Assembly (NCBI RefSeq): GCF_009914755.1
Contig: NC_060943.1
Length of the DNA: 64,000 bases
Reading direction: 5' to 3' (one strand)
Source: the human T2T-CHM13v2.0 reference genome, Homo sapiens
A program made the position numbers and the translations under genes. Within the stretch, counting starts at the first letter, position 1; each line of letters begins with the position of its first letter. This document shows, one piece after another, positions 55,790 through 64,000 of this stretch. The notes under the pieces were generated by a model. The model saw nothing but the letters and a program-made list of their open reading frames with translations. It did no database searches and was not told the origin of the DNA.

Positions 55790-56601
<812 letters not shown>

Positions 56602-57129
56602 TAATAGCAGCTGCAAATACGAAACCCCAGGCATGGAGGGCTCCCAGCACGGACATGATTCTTCCCAAGGTAGTGGACCGGACCTCGGGGCTGGGAAGCA
56701 GTGGTATTCCACATTGGACGTGGAGGCAGATCTAAAGGGAAAACTCCATATGGAAAGCTAATCCTCAGTGTTTGGCTTAAGCAAACACAGAAAAGGAACT
56801 GTAGCAAATTGAAATTTTCCTGCTATGATCATCTCCCAGGATGCTTTCTGCTCCTCTCCAGTCGCTGTAGAACTAAACTGGTTTGTAAACTTCTGTCAAC
56901 CCATCTTTCAGTTTCAGATCTGAATGTATCCAGGTGGACAGGGAGGGATGAGGGGGAGAATCAGCTCACACTGTTTGGGGCATTTACCTAGTTTGGTAGA
57001 CTTCTTCTTGTTTTAGCTTGAATAATGTGACCAAAAAAAGGTACCTATGAAAAGACTCTGCATTATTTAAGCAAAAGAATATGGCAGTTATAACATACTT
57101 AAAATATACTGCATTATTTACCATGTGCT

Positions 57130-60100
57130 TTCAGTTAAATTCAGAAAAAAATAAACTCTGTAAAATGAAGGAAAAGATGTGAAAATGAGCAAACAGACTG
57201 AAATGAAATGGAGGTTCCTGAATTACTAAAATCCTGTAAATAAATAGATAGAACCACAGTGCAGGTGAAAATGACATTATAGGCATTAAATGGCAAAAGT
57301 GATACCAGAAAAAAAAAAAAAACAAATGAAGGATACAGAAGGAAAACACGATAAGCTCCAACAGGGCAGAATTTTCTTTTTTAGCTATGAAGATAGACGT
57401 TCTGAGAGTCAGGATGAGAGAGACATGGAGGAGATAAGCGAAATATTGAAATATTCATTTAAATACGAAATATTCAAATATCCAAATATCCAGATTTAAA
57501 ATATAGGAAGAAATAGTGAACAAAAAAATATATACCATTGATATTCCCCCAAAAAAGAGACAAGAAAAATAAAACTGAATACATTATCAAGGATATAATA
57601 GTATAAATGTATTTTGGATTTAACAAAGACATTAATCTGAAGATTCATATGGCTTTACATTTACAATACCATTGATGAGGTTCATGAAAAGTGATTAGTT
57701 TTTGCACATAAATTTTGTAAAATATTTTTATTTCAAAGGAAAAGAAAAACTCCATAAAGGACAGAAAAGCCAACTAAAACAGAAGAAAGATCAGGCTGTT
57801 TTCTTACTTGTGCTCTGCAGTGTTAGGAGTGAAAGTATGATGAAACTGGCAAATTTGATGTCCAGAGAAAAAACTTTTGCTACAGAAAACTTTAAAATGT
57901 GGCACACAGTCCAAGGCACAAAAGCAGGACAGGAGACAAAACCTAGGTGTGCACTAGCTGGGTGGTCTGATCAGAAGCAGCTATACATAGAACCCTAGAA
58001 GTGAACGAGGGAAGAAACACACTCCACAGAGGAAATAAAATATCCTTGTGGCTTGTCTTAGGCTCTAGTTGGAATAAAAAGAAGAAAGGTTTTACTAAGA
58101 ATTTCTAATATAAATCATTGCATGAGTTTGGGACTGAAATTTATACTACCTGTGTGGACTGAAAATCTCCATGAAATTTTATTTTAAAGTGATTTCAAAT
58201 TGGCAATCCTCACATGTCTAGGAGAACTAAACTAAATCTTCTTTGGAAGACCACTTTAACTTCAGATTTCAAAAAACTCCAATAGATAAAAATTCCTGAT
58301 AATATGTATCCATAATCAGAAATTACAAATCACATGAGGCAACATGCCTGCCATAGCAAAACTCAGCAAAAAAAAAAAAAACTACAGAATTATCACAAAA
58401 CCTATAGCTACCACAATGATAAAATTCAGAATATTTTAAAGTATGTTTATTATGATTAAATAAAGAGTTTCCAAAGTGTGATTATGGAACTAGAAACTAT
58501 GAAAAATGACCAGGAAACTTTTGAAAAAGAATGATAAAATCCCTAGGACTTAAAAAAAACTCAAGGCCCAGGATAAACAGACATAGAAAATAGAGGAGGA
58601 AAGTCTAACATGTCTTTTCAGAGTTCTAGAATAAACACATTGAGAGAATTGGGGAAAAGGTAATATTTGAAGATAAAGTGGCTGCAAATTTCTGAAATTG
58701 ATTAAAAAATACTAATTGTCAGATTCAGAAAGCACAACTTCTCCCAAACTGAATAAATCTACAGCTGCAAAACCCTCAGGGCAAAAAGTGGACAGAAAAT
58801 GAAGAGGAATGATGCATATTAATGATAATTTCTCTGGAAATGGAAATATGAACAGCAATGCTAGAAGCTAGAAAATAAAACAATACCTTCAAAATTTTGA
58901 AAAAATATTACTCTAAACCTGGAGTTGCCAGGTGTAAAATTATATCTTGCAAGAATGAAGTTGAAATACATATATATCAACAAGAAAAAATTGTAGAGTT
59001 TAAAAAGAATAGGCTCTTAAAAAGGAAACTTCTAAAGTCCATTGTTTGTAATTCAGAAAAAAAAAATCTGAGGTGTAGGAAAGAATGGTGAGCAAAGAAA
59101 ATTATACACATGTGGGTAGAACTAATTAAATAATACAATGTAAAACAAATATTATGATTTATAAAGTGTACAGTACAAACTGAGTAAAAATAAAATATTG
59201 GGCAAAAACAGCATATATCAGTGTCAGGTGTTAAATATTCTAAGCTGATTCTATTAATCTGAAAGAGGGAAAATCTATTAATGAACTAGAAAACTGAAAA
59301 ACAGAAGATTAGACCAATCACCTACATTTAAAATACCGAAAAAGATAGAAAAACAGTGAAAAACAACAAAAACCCCCAAAATTAAATGATAGAAATATTA
59401 TCAATTATAATAATCTGCACAATAAATGTAAATGAATTATACTTTCTAGGTGAAGAACAAAGGTTTTTAGACTCCAATTTAAGAAAAATATTCTGTTTAC
59501 AAGAGGAACACCTAAAATATTCAGTCACAAAAGTTTGAAAGTAAAAAAATGAAGACAGGTATACAGAATAAAAACCAATGAGCCAAAAGGAAGCTAGTGT
59601 AGCAATATCAACGCTATACAAACTTAGTAATTCAAAATGAACTACTGAATATAAAGTATATCACACCGTATTGTGCCCCAAACTTCTATGAATTTAATGC
59701 ATAGCTTTACAATATGCAAATGAAACAATGAATATTACTGAAGCAGAGCAAATAAATCCATCATCTTGCAGAAGATTTTAGCACATCTTTTTCAGTAAAT
59801 TATAGAACAGGTAGAAGACAAATGATTGAATATATAGAAAATTTAATCCATAAACTAACAAACTTAATTAATAGGTAATATAAAATAACATTCTTAAATT
59901 CAGAAAAATTCTTTCCAAGGATACGTGGAATATTTATTAAAATGAAACACATGCAGTAAGACAAAAATTTCAAAGAACTGATTTCATACTGAACACAACA
60001 TGGTTAATTTGGAAATTAAAATGAGTTTTAGAATCTCAGACATGGAAATTTAAAAATGTATCTCCAGGTAGCTTATTATATCTATTAATTAGAAATTAGT

Positions 60101-60975
60101 AATTAATAATGTTAAAAATACTTTGGTTTATACACACACACATATGTATTTATAATAACTCTTGGAAAGCCAAGAAAGTTGCATCTAAAAAATTTATACC
60201 ATTTACATTGGAAAAGAGGCAAATGTTAAAATAGAATAGAAATTAATAAAATAAAAAGTATTATGCTAGAGAAACTGAGCAAAGCTAATATTTGGTTGTT
60301 TTAAAAGAATAATAAAATAGACCAACTCTGGCAAGATATATTATGAAAACATCATAGAAAGAAAGCACAAATACAATTATTTTGAGAATGAAAAAAGCAA
60401 AAAGGTTAAACTGTGATTTAAAGAAAGTAGTTTATTTTTTCAACTTTATGACAATATATGCAACATTTAATTGAAATGGACAAATTCTTTAAAAAAAAAA
60501 TCAACTAATCTGACCAAAGGAGAAATCTTTAATTTCTAGAGTCCTATAGCCATTGAATACCATGCATCAGTAGTTAAAAAAATAAATTAATTAAAAAAAA
60601 ACTTTCCACTATGAAACACTAGGCACAGATGATTTTATAGATACATTATACCAATGAAGAAATAATCCTAAACCTTCACAAACACTTTAAAGCAAAACAA
60701 AACAAAACAAAAATCAAAAAAGAGGGTACAATTCCCAAATTATGTTATATGGCTACCACAACACAGATATATCATAGCTAGACTAGGACAATGTATGAAA
60801 AAAGTTACAGGCTAATCTTACTCATTAGTATGGAGCAGAAACCTATATCCCTTCAGCTAATGACTTGTGAAAAGATAACATGCAATGACCAAGTTTGTTT
60901 TATTTCAGGAAGGCAAAGTAAATACAAAAATTGTGAAACTTATAAAAGTTGTTCATCATATTACATTGAGAAGAT
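57130..60975 (+). mobile_element. Very old L1M 5'/ORF1 and ORF2 (endonuclease to RT) remnants
   Basis: aataaatgtaaatgaatta...ctgtttacaagaggaacacctaaaata...aagctagtgtagcaatat (EN domain); ttgaaatggacaaattc; gaccaagtttgttttatttcaggaaggcaa (RT start). Confidence 0.75.
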
Positions 60976-60984
60976 CATGTTAAA

Positions 60985-62200
<1,216 letters not shown>

Positions 62201-62325
62201 TTGTATTAGACTCAACTATATGAACTTGCTATTATTCATCAGTTTTCATCAACACAAGCATCACTATCATATAGTTCAACCTAATATTACCTTAACGCAT
62301 TTGTCTGAATAACCTGTGTAACTTT

Positions 62326-62484
62326 TATAAGATGGAGTCTTGCTTTGTTGCTCAGATGGAGTGCAGTGATTATTCACAGGTGCTATGGTAGTGCTACAGC
62401 TGCAAACTGCTGGATTAAAAAGATTCTCCTTCCTCAGCTTTCTGAGTAACTGGGACTGCAAGGCATCCACTACTGCACCTGGCT
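62326..62484 (-). mobile_element. Old Alu monomer (FAM/FRAM-like)
   Basis: gatggagtcttgctttgttgctcag...ttcacaggtgc...cctcagctttctgagtaactgggact. Confidence 0.8.
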
Positions 62485-62559
62485 GTGAGACTCTTGTCTG
62501 TTTTTTATTTTGTCTCTTGGTCATGTGGCCCTGAATTTTGGTGTGTGTACTACTTTCTT

Positions 62560-63975
<1,416 letters not shown>

Positions 63976-63977
63976 GT

Positions 63978-64000
63978 TGTATTAGCCAGGAATCTCCAGA
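63978..64000. mobile_element. Probable terminus of an MLT2 LTR (cut by window edge)
   Basis: tgtattagccaggaatctccaga resembles the MLT2 terminus tgtattagtcagggttctccaga; only 23 nt visible. Confidence 0.45.

Noticed and set aside
57440-57500. Short degenerate (AAATATY)n repeat
   Set aside because: Low-complexity slippage within old L1; no spacer structure, not CRISPR-like.

Overview
Primate genomic DNA, most likely human, judged by AluJ/S/Y, L1PA, THE1, MST and MER41 elements. I cannot name the locus from sequence alone. There is no supportable protein-coding gene, RNA gene or prokaryotic feature; the ORF-track entries look like chance or repeat-derived frames. Repeat family names are recognised by eye from remembered consensus sequences, so subfamilies and the boundaries of old elements are approximate. 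The left ~45 kb is mixed unique and repeat DNA. It includes a repeat-poor core (~21-33 kb) that looks like a developmental-enhancer landscape: AT-rich blocks with homeodomain, PBX/MEIS, SOX and CUT-type motifs and a small CpG-rich patch. The right ~19 kb is mostly old L1 with nested Alu, LTR and DNA elements. The top finding is a non-repeat element present twice, 4.8 kb apart (cores 21618-21684 and 26386-26452, 61/67 identical, fading flanks). It is built from overlapping palindromes and its substitutions show a suggestive but unproven codon-like pattern. Other findings are an L1 3' transduction (~39407-39526), a templated copy of nearby L1 DNA inserted into a MER21 LTR, a short local duplication older than an AluJ, and a tail-less L1 fragment inside an LTR16.
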